Below, piece after piece: positions 20,140 through 30,110 of a stretch of DNA of 64,000 bases (positions are counted from its first letter, which is position 1; every line of letters starts with the position of its first letter). The position numbers and the translations under genes are program-made. Source of the DNA: an uncultured Bacteroidota bacterium (GTDB lineage Bacteria; Bacteroidota; Ignavibacteria; UBA10030; UBA6906); NCBI GenBank assembly GCA_963700635.1, contig CAVOYH010000001.1:460681-524680 (forward strand), written 5' to 3'. A model generated the notes under the pieces. The model was given only the letters and a program-made list of their open reading frames with translations. It was not told the origin of the DNA and did not search any database.

Positions 20140-21633
20140 TCAGGGATTTCGGCGGCGTGAAATGTACAATCCTCCACCTCCGAGAAAGAGCATGATAAAT
20201 GCCTGGACTGCAGTACGGTAGGCAACCTCCGGCCCGGCAAAAAGAGCCTGATACAGAAACCACGCTCCAAGGAGCACAAGAACCGAGTACAAGCCCGTCA
20301 TAATGCTCTTTGCCCGTGCCTGTGTCGCGGGTGTGTCAACCGCAAAAAAACGGTTGTATAATATCAGCCCGGCCATCGCCACCACGCCGAGGCCCGCGAA
20401 AATGAGCCAGAATACCTGAAAATGTCCGGCCGCGCCCTCTGTTCCGACTACGGGTTTCAGCATGGCTTCGTACAACACGCCACCCAGCGTCGATCCCACG
20501 AGGCTTCCGATTACGCCATAGAGGAATGCATACCCCATGTACACCGCTTTCCTGTCCTGCGGTGCCACAAGGCCCACGTAACTGTAGTATTTGGGATGTG
20601 CAGTCATCTCCCCGATGGAGAAAACGGCTATCCCGAGGATAAAGATCCAGGCGTGCGTGGCGAACGAGAGGCAGACAAACCCGAGGATTCCGATCGAGAT
20701 GCCTATGATCATCGCACGCAGGGGCGGGACTTTTTTTACAAGACGGCTGACGAGCACCTGGAGCAAAATGATCGTCCCGGCGTTGATCACCGTGACATGC
20801 TCGGCATCAAATTGAAGAGGTATTCCGAAGGAGGCAAAAAAGGAGTTTACCGGTTCGGGGTTTACAAAATCACGGAGGAACCAGAGTACCGAACCGAAGT
20901 TCTGGAAATAGAGAATCCAGAATCCCGAGTACACGAAGATCATCAGCATAAAGCGCGCATCACCCAGCACTTCGGCCGCACCGGAAAGCACCTCGCGCAC
21001 CGTCTTGGTATTCTTCGGCCGGGGAGGATCGCGGAATATGAACACCGTGGGAAGAAGCATGAGCGCGCAGTACAACGAGGATGCGGTGAACACCCAGGTC
21101 CATGAAAAACCTTTGAGGTAGCTTACAACAAGGGGAGCCAGAAATGCCCCGAGGTTGATCATCCAGTAGTAAATGCCGAATCCGAATCCGGAATTTTCTT
21201 CCGTTGTCGTGCGCGCAATGGTTCCCGAAATGATCGGCTTGAACAGTCCGGATCCCGTTGCCATGATCAGCAACGCGGCAAACACCATTCCGTATCCCGA
21301 CATGTGACCACTGAGGAAGTATCCCGCGGCCAGAAAGGAGAAGGCAATCAGGAGCATACGCCTGTATCCGTACCGCTCCGCCAGGGCGCCTCCCAGAATA
21401 GGGATGACATAGGTGCAGGCGTAAATCAGTCCCTGCAGAAATCCCACCGATTGTTCGGTGAATCCGAGCCCGCCCTCGGCGACGCTGTCGGTAAGATAGA
21501 TCGCCAGTACAGAGTTCAGGCCATAATACGCGGCCCGTTCAAACAGCTCCATAACATTGGCGGTCCAGAACACACGCGGATAACTCCGCAGGAGACCGAA
21601 TCCCCGGGATGTGGCCATAGGGATAACTTTCAA
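20140..21633 (-). CDS. MFS transporter (POT/peptide-transporter-like)
   Basis: MELFERAAYYG (ExxERxxYY), GGALAERYG, GLFKP and YWMINLGAF. Confidence 0.88.
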   Translation of the reverse strand: MKVIPMATSRGFGLLRSYPRVFWTANVMELFERAAYYGLNSVLAIYLTDSVAEGGLGFTEQSVGFLQGLIYACTYVIPILGGALAERYGYRRMLLIAFSFLAAGYFLSGHMSGYGMVFAALLIMATGSGLFKPIISGTIARTTTEENSGFGFGIYYWMINLGAFLAPLVVSYLKGFSWTWVFTASSLYCALMLLPTVFIFRDPPRPKNTKTVREVLSGAAEVLGDARFMLMIFVYSGFWILYFQNFGSVLWFLRDFVNPEPVNSFFASFGIPLQFDAEHVTVINAGTIILLQVLVSRLVKKVPPLRAMIIGISIGILGFVCLSFATHAWIFILGIAVFSIGEMTAHPKYYSYVGLVAPQDRKAVYMGYAFLYGVIGSLVGSTLGGVLYEAMLKPVVGTEGAAGHFQVFWLIFAGLGVVAMAGLILYNRFFAVDTPATQARAKSIMTGLYSVLVLLGAWFLYQALFAGPEVAYRTAVQAFIMLFLGGGGLYISRRRNP

Positions 21634-21652
21634 AGTTGAAATGAGAGAAGGA

Positions 21653-21943
21653 TTAGTGCGGGGGCCGGCGGAGCGTCCACCCGGGTTTGCGATTCTTGAT
21701 GAGGTCGGGTCCGTCTGTCAGGTCGGCTGTCAGCTGCCTGGCAAAGGTCTTTGCCTGATCCCCGTCCAGGAACCAGTCAGAGCTGATCAGGCGTCTGAAA
21801 AACAGAGCCCGTCTTTTGTACGTCCGTACTACCCAGGGCGAACCGATGTCCTTGCGGTGCTGTACGACGACGGTATACCCGTGCGGGGTCTTTGTATTGG
21901 TATCCACGGCATGACTTGCGGTATCTGAGGAAAAAGCTTTCAT
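21653..21943 (-). CDS. Small hypothetical protein
   Basis: Open frame with natural-looking composition (HRKDIGSPWVVRTYK...SSDWFLD..QA..FA) directly upstream of the MFS gene; start uncertain. Confidence 0.55.
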   Translation of the reverse strand: MKAFSSDTASHAVDTNTKTPHGYTVVVQHRKDIGSPWVVRTYKRRALFFRRLISSDWFLDGDQAKTFARQLTADLTDGPDLIKNRKPGWTLRRPPH

Positions 21944-21978
21944 TAGTATACTCAGAACATTGGAGAAGAGCAAGCAGC

Positions 21979-22398
21979 GTGCCGGATCTGTTTGTCAATG
22001 CAAGGTTGACCATTCCTTCAGCCGAAATCCGCTTCCGTTTTGCACGGAGTGGAGGTCCGGGTGGCCAGAATGTGAACAAGGTTGAAAGCAGGGTAGAAGT
22101 TCTCTTCGACGTGCAAAACTCTGCGGCATTGTCAGACCTCCAGCGGCACCGCCTCCTTGCTGTATTACGCTCACGGCTGGATTCAAAGGGAGTGTTGCAC
22201 ATCATTGTTCAGGACTCCCGGAGTCAGTACCAGAACCGGGAAAGTGCGCTGGTCCGGCTGGCAGAACTCCTGCGTGCGGCGCTCGTTCCGCGCAAAAAAC
22301 GCGTCCCCACCAAACCCTCCCGCGGTTCCCGGGAGAGAAGAATTACTACGAAGCGCAAACGGGGGGAGCAGAAACGGGCGCGCAGGTCCCTCGAATAA
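21979..22398 (+). CDS. arfB: Alternative ribosome-rescue factor B (peptidyl-tRNA hydrolase)
   Basis: RSGGPGGQNVNKV (GGQ), RSQYQNR and a basic tail RVPTKPSRGS; GTG start at 21979. Confidence 0.93.
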   Translation: MPDLFVNARLTIPSAEIRFRFARSGGPGGQNVNKVESRVEVLFDVQNSAALSDLQRHRLLAVLRSRLDSKGVLHIIVQDSRSQYQNRESALVRLAELLRAALVPRKKRVPTKPSRGSRERRITTKRKRGEQKRARRSLE

Positions 22399-22530
22399 TC
22401 CATCACTCCGCAAAGCCAAACCCCGGTTTCCATCCTGCGGGAACGATTTCAGGTTCAAAGTCGTTATATTAAGCAAGGTTCGTTTTGGCCGATTTAGATG
22501 AAATGACTTATAATTTGGAATGAACAACCA

Positions 22531-24810
22531 TTGAAACGTCTCCTTTTTCTTGTTTTTGCAGCCATTCTCATACATTCCGCCGCATCCGCCCAGACGGGCT
22601 CGATAAGCGGCATCGCCATCGATCAATCCACACAAGAGGCCCTGCCCCTTGCCGTGGTGCAGGTTCTGGGAAGCCCCTTCGGGACGTCGGCAGGCGTGGA
22701 TGGGAAATTCTCCATCACGAATATCCCCGTTGGAATCTACCAGATACGCGCATCACTCATCGGGTATGAACCCATGATCCTGAGCGATATTGTCGTCGCC
22801 ACAGGACGTCCTGCCGAACTGCGGCTTCAACTGGTTCAATCGGACATCGGCCTGGAGGGTGTCGAGGTCCGCTCTTCCTATTTCCAGAAATCACCGGACG
22901 CGCCGGTCAGTGTCCAGAGACTCTCGTACGAGGAGATCCGCCGGTCCCCCGGTGGATTTGAGGATGTTGTCCGGGCTATCTCCGTTCTGCCCGGCGTGGC
23001 CCAGGTACAGGCCGGTCGAAATGATCTGGTGGTGCGTGGCGGGGCGCCATCAGAGAATCTCTTTACAGTTGACAATATCGAAATCCCGAACATTAACCAC
23101 TTTGGCACTCAGGGATCCGGCGGAGGACCGCTGAGTTTTATTAATCTGGATTTTGTCCGTGAGACCTCATTCTCCACCGGCGGTTTTGGTGTCCGATACG
23201 GTGACCGTCTTTCTTCCGTGCTGAATATCAATCTGCGCGACGGTCGATCGGATCGTGTGGGAGGGAAAGCCACGATCGCTGCAACCCAGTTCGGACTCAA
23301 TCTGGAAGGCCCGCTGGGCGGGGATGGTTCCTTTGTTGTGTCCGCACGGCGCAGTTACCTGGATTTTATCTTCAAGGCCGCCGGGTTTTCGTTTGTTCCC
23401 GAATACTGGGACTTTCTCGGGCGTGTGAATTACCGGCTCGACTCGCACAATGAGCTCACGTTTCTTGTGCTGGGTGCCCTGGATGACATCAACATATTTG
23501 ACCGGGACGCCGACGACCGTTTTAGCAACTCGCGTATTCTCGGGACCGAGCAACGACAGTATGCGTCCGGGATCTCACTGCGCCACCTCTTCTCGCGCGG
23601 ATTCGCAACGTTCACGCTCGGGCGTTCATTTGTCCGATACGACGGAATCCAGCGCGATTCGCTGCTGAATCCCGTTTTCGTAAACAAATCGGATGAAAGT
23701 GAAACAAGCCTTCGTGCGGACGTTGTCTATAAGGTTTCTCGCTCCGCAGAATTGTCTTTTGGTTCCATCGTAAAACGTGTCAGGTTCCGGTCCAACCTCG
23801 CCCTGCCCGGATATGTAACGTCATTCGGCGACACTCTGCAGGTCCGTGTCGAGGAATACGCGACCGCCGCGACCAAAGCAGCTGCGTACGCACAATTCTC
23901 CCAGCGTCTGTTCGGGAACATCGTTCTTACCGCCGGCGGCAGGCTTGAATATTTTGATCTGATCAGTTCTCAATTTGTATTCAGTCCGAGAGGTTCGGTC
24001 AGCTATGAGGTAAGCCCGCAGACCACAGTTACGGCAAGTGTCGGGTTGTATCACCAGAGCCCGTCATACATCTGGCTTGTGGCTCACCGTGCGAACAGGG
24101 ATCTTGTTCCAGTGCGCGCGGTCCAGCACATCCTCGGTGTGGAGCACCTTCTCCGTCCCGACCTCAAGGTGCGGGTGGAGGGTTTTGTAAAAGACTACAG
24201 CAACTACCCGGCCAGTCTGGACCGCACATATCTTGTCCTTGCCAACACAGGGGGCGGATTCGGCGGATCGGATGACAACTTTTCTTCGTTCGGACTTGAT
24301 CGTCTCGTAAGCAGGGGAACGGGACGATCCTACGGACTGGAGTTCCTTCTCCAGAAGAAGCTTTCGGAAATTCCCCTGTATGGCCTGGCCAGCTTCACGT
24401 GGAGCCGCACAAGATTTACAGCGCTTGACGGTGTCGAGCGGCCCGGAGCGTTCGATCAGGAGTACCTTGTTAACCTCACCGCCGGCTATCAATTTGACGA
24501 ACGGTGGGAGGCAAGCATGAGGTTCCGTTATGCCACCGGACGCCCCTACACCCCGTTCACGAACACCGGCACCCAGAATGTCGCGGAATACAATTCTCAA
24601 CGCATAAAAGCCGGCCACGGGCTGGATGTGCGGGTCGACCGGCGGTGGAATTTTTCAAACTGGGATCTGATCATCTATCTGGATGTACAAAACGTTTACA
24701 ACAACAAGTTCTCGGGAGGTGTCCGCTGGAATGCCCGGGAGCAGCGTGTGGAAATAAACGACAGCGCCATCGGGATTCTGCCTTCAATCGGGGTGAGTGC
24801 CGAGTTCTGA
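22531..24810 (+). CDS. TonB-dependent receptor with N-terminal carboxypeptidase-like domain
   Basis: Signal peptide, plug region (LPGV...VRGG...EN), alternating beta-barrel strands and a C-terminal Phe. Confidence 0.9.
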   Translation: MKRLLFLVFAAILIHSAASAQTGSISGIAIDQSTQEALPLAVVQVLGSPFGTSAGVDGKFSITNIPVGIYQIRASLIGYEPMILSDIVVATGRPAELRLQLVQSDIGLEGVEVRSSYFQKSPDAPVSVQRLSYEEIRRSPGGFEDVVRAISVLPGVAQVQAGRNDLVVRGGAPSENLFTVDNIEIPNINHFGTQGSGGGPLSFINLDFVRETSFSTGGFGVRYGDRLSSVLNINLRDGRSDRVGGKATIAATQFGLNLEGPLGGDGSFVVSARRSYLDFIFKAAGFSFVPEYWDFLGRVNYRLDSHNELTFLVLGALDDINIFDRDADDRFSNSRILGTEQRQYASGISLRHLFSRGFATFTLGRSFVRYDGIQRDSLLNPVFVNKSDESETSLRADVVYKVSRSAELSFGSIVKRVRFRSNLALPGYVTSFGDTLQVRVEEYATAATKAAAYAQFSQRLFGNIVLTAGGRLEYFDLISSQFVFSPRGSVSYEVSPQTTVTASVGLYHQSPSYIWLVAHRANRDLVPVRAVQHILGVEHLLRPDLKVRVEGFVKDYSNYPASLDRTYLVLANTGGGFGGSDDNFSSFGLDRLVSRGTGRSYGLEFLLQKKLSEIPLYGLASFTWSRTRFTALDGVERPGAFDQEYLVNLTAGYQFDERWEASMRFRYATGRPYTPFTNTGTQNVAEYNSQRIKAGHGLDVRVDRRWNFSNWDLIIYLDVQNVYNNKFSGGVRWNAREQRVEINDSAIGILPSIGVSAEF

Positions 24811-24818
24811 GCCGGCAG

Positions 24819-24847
24819 TTGACTCTTCAGGAAAATAGTTGTATACT
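24819..24847 (+). promoter_or_regulatory. Sigma70 promoter of the his operon
   Basis: Near-consensus TTGACT-N17-TATACT. Confidence 0.75.
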
Positions 24848-24855
24848 CCTGTATT

Positions 24856-24930
24856 ATGAACATGAGCAAGACCATACGTTTTCATCATCATCACCATTGT
24901 ACCCCCCGCGCCAAGGCACCTGGTGGTTGA
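24856..24930 (+). CDS. hisL: His operon leader peptide (MNMSKTIRFHHHHHCTPRAKAPGG)
   Basis: 24-codon ORF with five consecutive His codons (24883-24897), between the promoter and a strong hairpin upstream of hisZ. Confidence 0.85.
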   Translation: MNMSKTIRFHHHHHCTPRAKAPGG

Positions 24931-24961
24931 TGGAATGGTATGCTGAGCAGACTGTAACGCA

Positions 24962-24994
24962 GAAGCCCTTCTTGGAACCCCAAGAGGGGCTTTC
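24962..24994 (+). terminator. Attenuator hairpin of the his leader
   Basis: AAGCCCTTCTTGG-AACC-CCAAGAGGGGCTT followed by a short T tract. Confidence 0.7.
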
Positions 24995-25010
24995 GACATT
25001 AAGAGGGCCC

Positions 25011-25976
25011 ATGGACACACTTTCTCCAGGTTTGCCGCCAGGTTTCAGAGACCTGACGTTTCACGATGCCGCGCGCCGCCGGAAAACGGAGGCACAACTG
25101 GCGGCACTATTCGAATCACACGGGTACGGCGAAGTGCTCCCTTCCAGCATCGAATTCCTGGATGTGTACACACGCGGGAATCAGGTTATATCGGATCGGG
25201 CTTTCAAGTTTCTGGACAGGGAAGACCGGCTCCTCGCGTTACGCGCCGATTTTACCCCTGCGGTCGCCCGGATGGTAGCCACCCGGCTCGGGGGTGGACC
25301 GGAGACCCTGCGCGTCTGGTACAGCGGCAACGTCTTCCGGCGCGTGCAAGCCCGTAACGGGGGGTATGCCGAATGCTGGCAGGTTGGCGCCGAACTTGTC
25401 GGGGACAGCACCGTAGAACATGATTGTGAGATATTGTCGATCGCGCTGGAGAGCCTCTCCGCACTTGGCATGCAGACGGCCGGAGTCCACCTGAATCATG
25501 CGGGAATATTCCGGGGTATTCTTCATTCGCTGGAGCTTCCCGAGTCGGCTCGTGACAGGCTCAAATCTGAGATCGATCACAAGGACGCGCGGGCACTGGC
25601 GAATCATCTTGAGGAACTTGGCGTCCCGGGCTCCATCGGGGAGCAGGTCCATGTTCTGGCCCGGTGTATCGGGGGTGTTGACGTGCTGCATGAAGCTGCG
25701 GCGGTTCTGAAGGACGAGGAGTCGCAGGCGGCCATCGCCCATCTACAGCTGGTCGCGGAGGGCCTCGGCGGGCGGCGAGAACGCGTGACGTTTGATCTGA
25801 CCGAAATTGACGAAATGGAATACTATACCGGCATCATGTTTACGCTATTCAGTCCCACCCGCCGGAGCCCCCTGGGTACAGGCGGGCGGTACGATTCACT
25901 GCTGCGGGCCTTCGGCAGTGACCGACCCGCCGTCGGGTACTCCTTGTCCATGGATAGTGTTCTGGAGGGACGATGA
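25011..25976 (+). CDS. hisZ: ATP phosphoribosyltransferase regulatory subunit
   Basis: LPPGFRD, LALRADFT..VAR, QVGAEL, YYTG and GGRYD.L; precedes a short-form hisG. Confidence 0.92.
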   Translation: MDTLSPGLPPGFRDLTFHDAARRRKTEAQLAALFESHGYGEVLPSSIEFLDVYTRGNQVISDRAFKFLDREDRLLALRADFTPAVARMVATRLGGGPETLRVWYSGNVFRRVQARNGGYAECWQVGAELVGDSTVEHDCEILSIALESLSALGMQTAGVHLNHAGIFRGILHSLELPESARDRLKSEIDHKDARALANHLEELGVPGSIGEQVHVLARCIGGVDVLHEAAAVLKDEESQAAIAHLQLVAEGLGGRRERVTFDLTEIDEMEYYTGIMFTLFSPTRRSPLGTGGRYDSLLRAFGSDRPAVGYSLSMDSVLEGR

Positions 25977-26608
25977 GGAATACATTGTTGATCGGCCTTC
26001 CGAAGGGGAGATTGTTCGATCCTGCGATCACGCTTATCACCCGCGCCGGCATTACGACGGATGGCGGGCAGGGGTCGCGCAAACTGACATTTTCGGACGC
26101 CGAAGGAAGATACGAGTTCGTCTCCCTCAAACCCGCCGACATACCCGTGTACGTCGAATCCGGTGCCGTCGATGCCGGCATCGTGGGCAGTGACATTCTC
26201 CGTGAACAGGAGTACGATGTGTACGAACCGCTTGATCTCCGTATCGGGTTGTGCCGCCTGGTTCTGGCGGCCCGGGAAGGAGTGGATGTGCATGGCATTC
26301 AACATCCCCGTATTGCGACGAAGTATCCGCGGACGGCGACACGCTTTTTTTCCATCCGTAACCGGCATCCCCATATCGTCCGGCTGGAAGGTTCGGTAGA
26401 GATTGCTCCGCTGCTCGGCCTGGCGGATGCGATCGTGGATCTTGTCGAAACAGGCAGGACCCTCCGCGAAAACGGGCTCCGGGTTGTAGAGGATGTAGCG
26501 TCCGTCAGCGCCAAATGTATTGTCAACCGGACCGCCATGAAAACCCGGAATACGGCGGTCCGATCCCTTATCACTCTCCTGGATGCGGTGGTCTATGCAA
26601 ACTCTTGA
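25973..26608 (+). CDS. hisG: ATP phosphoribosyltransferase, short form
   Basis: LPKGRL, IATKYP, GSVEIAP and DAIVDLVETG.TL.ENGL; 211 aa, no C-terminal regulatory domain. Confidence 0.95.
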   Translation: MRNTLLIGLPKGRLFDPAITLITRAGITTDGGQGSRKLTFSDAEGRYEFVSLKPADIPVYVESGAVDAGIVGSDILREQEYDVYEPLDLRIGLCRLVLAAREGVDVHGIQHPRIATKYPRTATRFFSIRNRHPHIVRLEGSVEIAPLLGLADAIVDLVETGRTLRENGLRVVEDVASVSAKCIVNRTAMKTRNTAVRSLITLLDAVVYANS

Positions 26609-27881
26609 GTACCCGGCGGAACAGGACATCCTGTTCCGTGTTCTGCGGAGACGTTACACTCTTGATGAAACGTCAGTTGCACGCGCGCGCGAAATCCTTC
26701 AGGATGTCGAGCAGAATGGAGATGAAGCCGTCCTCCGGTACACGCGGAAGTATGATTGCCCGGAAATCGGGACGCTGGGTTTACGGGTGGATGAGCAAGA
26801 GATCGCTGCGGCATATACTTCGGTGGAGCCGGGGTTTCTGCGATCACTCCGCCGCGCCCGGCGTGCCGTGGCGCGGTTCCATAAAAAACAGATTCCCGAT
26901 TCCTTTGTCCTGAATGAGAAAGGGCTGCGTCTGGAGCAGCGGTTTCTCCCCCTCGATCGTGTGGGTATTTATGTGCCGGGCGGAAAAGCGGTGTATCCTT
27001 CCACGGTAATCATGAATGCAGTCCCTGCCCGAATCGCCGGGGTCAGGGAAATCGTGATGGTCTCGCCTGCGGGGCGGGACGGCCGTCTTGCTCCCGAGGT
27101 CCTTGTGGCGGCGGCCGAGTGTGGCGTGACCGAACTCTACCGGATCGGCGGGGCACAGGCCATTGCCGCCCTGGCATACGGAACGGCAACCATACGGCCG
27201 GTCGATAAGATCACCGGACCCGGCAACGTCTACGTTGCCGCAGCCAAACAACTCGTGTACGGTCGTGTCGGGATCGACATGATCGCCGGACCTACGGAAA
27301 TCGTGATCATTGCCGATGAATCTGCCGATCCTTCCTTTGTCGCAGCGGACCTTATCGCCCAGGCCGAGCACGATGAGGAGGCCACCCCGATTGCGATCGT
27401 GACATCCGACCGCCTTGTGCCGGAGATTGTCGCGGAGATTACACGGCAACTGGAATCAAATCCCCGGCGCGGAATTGCGGGCAAAGCGTTTGAACAGAAT
27501 GGATATATTGTTGTGGTCCCGACTCTTCGCGACGCGGTTACCATCGTAAACACGATTGCCCCGGAGCATCTGGAAATCATGACCAGAAATCCGCGCCGGG
27601 TTGCGCGGAGGGTCCGGCATGCCGGAGCGATTTTCCTGGGCAGATGGACGACAGAGTCACTGGGCGACTATATCGCGGGTCCCAACCATACGCTCCCGAC
27701 CTCGGGAACTGCCCGGTTCAGCTCTGCCCTGAGTGTGTATGATTTCCTTAAGTTCACCAATATCATCGAATGTAACCGTAAACGATTTTTGAAGCTGGCG
27801 CCTCACGGCGAAACGCTGGCAACGGCGGAAGGTTTGTACGGCCACGCTGCCTCCATGGCGATCCGGAGAAAGTCCCGATGA
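26595..27881 (+). CDS. hisD: Histidinol dehydrogenase
   Basis: GIYVPGG, GPGNVYV, AGPTE, QAEHD, APEHL and GPNHTLPT. Confidence 0.96.
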   Translation: MQTLEYPAEQDILFRVLRRRYTLDETSVARAREILQDVEQNGDEAVLRYTRKYDCPEIGTLGLRVDEQEIAAAYTSVEPGFLRSLRRARRAVARFHKKQIPDSFVLNEKGLRLEQRFLPLDRVGIYVPGGKAVYPSTVIMNAVPARIAGVREIVMVSPAGRDGRLAPEVLVAAAECGVTELYRIGGAQAIAALAYGTATIRPVDKITGPGNVYVAAAKQLVYGRVGIDMIAGPTEIVIIADESADPSFVAADLIAQAEHDEEATPIAIVTSDRLVPEIVAEITRQLESNPRRGIAGKAFEQNGYIVVVPTLRDAVTIVNTIAPEHLEIMTRNPRRVARRVRHAGAIFLGRWTTESLGDYIAGPNHTLPTSGTARFSSALSVYDFLKFTNIIECNRKRFLKLAPHGETLATAEGLYGHAASMAIRRKSR

Positions 27882-28936
27882 CACAGATTCTGCGGCCTGA
27901 AATCCTCACCCTTGCGGAGTATCATCTCGCAGAGTTTCCTCACAGGATCAAGCTCAACCAGAACGAAAATCCGTATGAACTGCCTCCGGACATCAAGAAT
28001 GAAATCCTGAACCGCCTTGCTGCCGTATCCTGGTCGAGGTATCCGGCGTTTGTTCCGCAGGCGCAGATAGACCTTGTAGCACAGCACGCAGGCTGGATAC
28101 CGGAGGGCACATTGCTGGGTAACGGCTCGAATGACCTTCTCCAGCTGCTTTTTATGTCCGTGCTGGAACGCGGCAGATCGCTCGTCATCAGCCAGCCCAC
28201 CTTCACGCTCTACAAACTTCTTGCCCGCGGCCTGGGTGCGGATGTTCGGGAAGTACCGATGACCGCAGAGTTTCATTTTGACGTGTCCGGCATCATTACC
28301 GCTGCCCGTGAATCCGACGCTGCCATGATCGTGCTCTGCTCGCCCAACAACCCGACGGGAACCCTGATGGAAGAAGCAGATGTCATCCGGGTGATTGAAT
28401 CCACCTCATCGCTCGTTGTACTTGACGAGGCATACGTGCATTTTGCTCCCCGATCCCTGCGTCATCTCCTTTCCCGTTATGATCGTCTGGTGATCCTGCA
28501 GACTTTTTCAAAGGCGATGGGAGCTGCAGGGTTGCGGTTCGGCTATGCGCTCGCCGCACCGGCATTCGCCCGCCAGCTGAGCAAGATCAAGTTGCCGTAC
28601 AGTGTAAATATCTTCACCCTGCTCGGCGCAGAGGTGCTGATTCGCCGCTGGGAGCTGATCCGGGAATGGATAAACGTCATCCTGAAGGAGCGCGAACGCG
28701 TTCGCGCAGCCCTTTCTGCGATGCCGGGAATTACGGCACATCGCTCGAGCGCAAATTTCCTTCTCTGTGAATTGTCAGAACGATCTCCGCGTGAAATCTT
28801 TCTCCACCTTGCCGAACGCGGCATTCTGATCCGCGATGTGTCTTCGTATCCGATGCTCGGCAGGGGACTTCGCTTCACGATCGGCACGCCCGAAGAGAAT
28901 ACGGCGCTGCTGGCAGCCCTTCAGGAGGTTTTGTGA
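27878..28936 (+). CDS. hisC: Histidinol-phosphate aminotransferase
   Basis: NENPY, GNGS, SPNNPTG, DEAY and TFSKA.G.AGLRFGY. Confidence 0.95.
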   Translation: MTQILRPEILTLAEYHLAEFPHRIKLNQNENPYELPPDIKNEILNRLAAVSWSRYPAFVPQAQIDLVAQHAGWIPEGTLLGNGSNDLLQLLFMSVLERGRSLVISQPTFTLYKLLARGLGADVREVPMTAEFHFDVSGIITAARESDAAMIVLCSPNNPTGTLMEEADVIRVIESTSSLVVLDEAYVHFAPRSLRHLLSRYDRLVILQTFSKAMGAAGLRFGYALAAPAFARQLSKIKLPYSVNIFTLLGAEVLIRRWELIREWINVILKERERVRAALSAMPGITAHRSSANFLLCELSERSPREIFLHLAERGILIRDVSSYPMLGRGLRFTIGTPEENTALLAALQEVL

Positions 28937-29517
28937 ACCGCTCCGCACACATTACCCGTACAACAAACGAAACCACAATCGATCTGCGACTCGATCTCGA
29001 CTCGCGGGAGCCCGCCCACATTGATACCGGGGTGGGCTTCTTCGACCACATGCTCTCCCACGTGGCGAAGCATGGTAACATTCACCTTTCGGTCAGGGCC
29101 AAAGGCGACCTGCACATCGACGAACACCATCTGGTGGAAGATGTGGGGATCTGCCTCGGGAAGGCATTCGCGGAAGCTCTGGGTGACAAGCGGGGGATCG
29201 AAAGGTTCGGCGCCGGTTTTGTGACGATGGACGAGGCCCTGGCGCGCACGGTCATAGATCTGAGCGGCAGGAGTTATCTGGTGTTCCATGCCACATTTTC
29301 ACGTGAGATGATACAGGGCTTCGCACTGGAGATGATCAAAGAGTTCTTTCAGGCCGTTGCCAGCGAGGGACGGATGAACCTGCACATCGGCCTGCTCTAC
29401 GGAGACAATGCGCATCATCAGGCGGAAGCGATATTCAAGTCCTTCGGCAGAGCCGTGCGGCAGGCAGTCCGGCTTACGGGGGACGCGGATATTCCCTCCA
29501 CAAAAGGTGCCCTATGA
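28933..29517 (+). CDS. hisB: Imidazoleglycerol-phosphate dehydratase
   Basis: FFDHML, DEHHLVED, MDEAL, NAHHQAEA.FK and PSTKG. Confidence 0.96.
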   Translation: MNRSAHITRTTNETTIDLRLDLDSREPAHIDTGVGFFDHMLSHVAKHGNIHLSVRAKGDLHIDEHHLVEDVGICLGKAFAEALGDKRGIERFGAGFVTMDEALARTVIDLSGRSYLVFHATFSREMIQGFALEMIKEFFQAVASEGRMNLHIGLLYGDNAHHQAEAIFKSFGRAVRQAVRLTGDADIPSTKGAL

Positions 29518-30110
29518 TCACCGTTGTGGATTATGGAATGGGGAACCTCAGAAGCGTGCGCCGGGCGTTGCAGCATCTGGGGGCGGAGGTGCTGATTACG
29601 TCTGATCCGGCAATGATACGGAAGGCCTCAGCACTCATTCTGCCGGGTGTAGGGGCGTTTGGCGAGGCAGTCCGGCATATCGATACGCTCGGTCTCCGTG
29701 CCCCGATCCTTGATCATGCCGGGGCAGGGCGTCCGCTCCTGGGCATCTGCCTTGGCATGCAACTTCTGTATCCGGAAAGTGAAGAGTCTCCCGGAGTCCC
29801 GGGGCTCGGTCTGTTTCCCGGACGGGTGGTGAAATTCCGTGGTACATTGCCCGTGCCGCACATAGGATGGAACGATGCAACGCCCATCCGGCCTTCGCCG
29901 CTGTTCGAAATGAAGGCGGGGTGCTACTACTTCGTTCATTCTTTTTATGTTGAGACGGGGGCGGCAACAATCGCGACAACAACGTATGGAGAAACATTCG
30001 CCGCGGCCGTCCAATCTGACAATGTGCTGGGGGTCCAGTTTCATCCCGAAAAATCACACAATGACGGGCTTGCGATGCTGAAAAAATTCTGTTCGGCGGA
30101 TTACACGTGA
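29514..30110 (+). CDS. hisH: Imidazole glycerol phosphate synthase, glutaminase subunit
   Basis: DYGMGNL.SV, PGVGAF, GICLGMQ and QFHPEKS. Confidence 0.96.
   Translation: MITVVDYGMGNLRSVRRALQHLGAEVLITSDPAMIRKASALILPGVGAFGEAVRHIDTLGLRAPILDHAGAGRPLLGICLGMQLLYPESEESPGVPGLGLFPGRVVKFRGTLPVPHIGWNDATPIRPSPLFEMKAGCYYFVHSFYVETGAATIATTTYGETFAAAVQSDNVLGVQFHPEKSHNDGLAMLKKFCSADYT

Noticed and set aside
22399-22530. Riboswitch or Fur box upstream of the TonB receptor
   Set aside because: No cobalamin or TPP core motifs are recognisable, and the AT-rich stretch is not a convincing palindrome.
24504-25010. Apparent 169-aa N-terminal extension of HisZ
   Set aside because: It runs through the TonB receptor end, the promoter and the attenuator; the real start is ATG 25011 with an SD.
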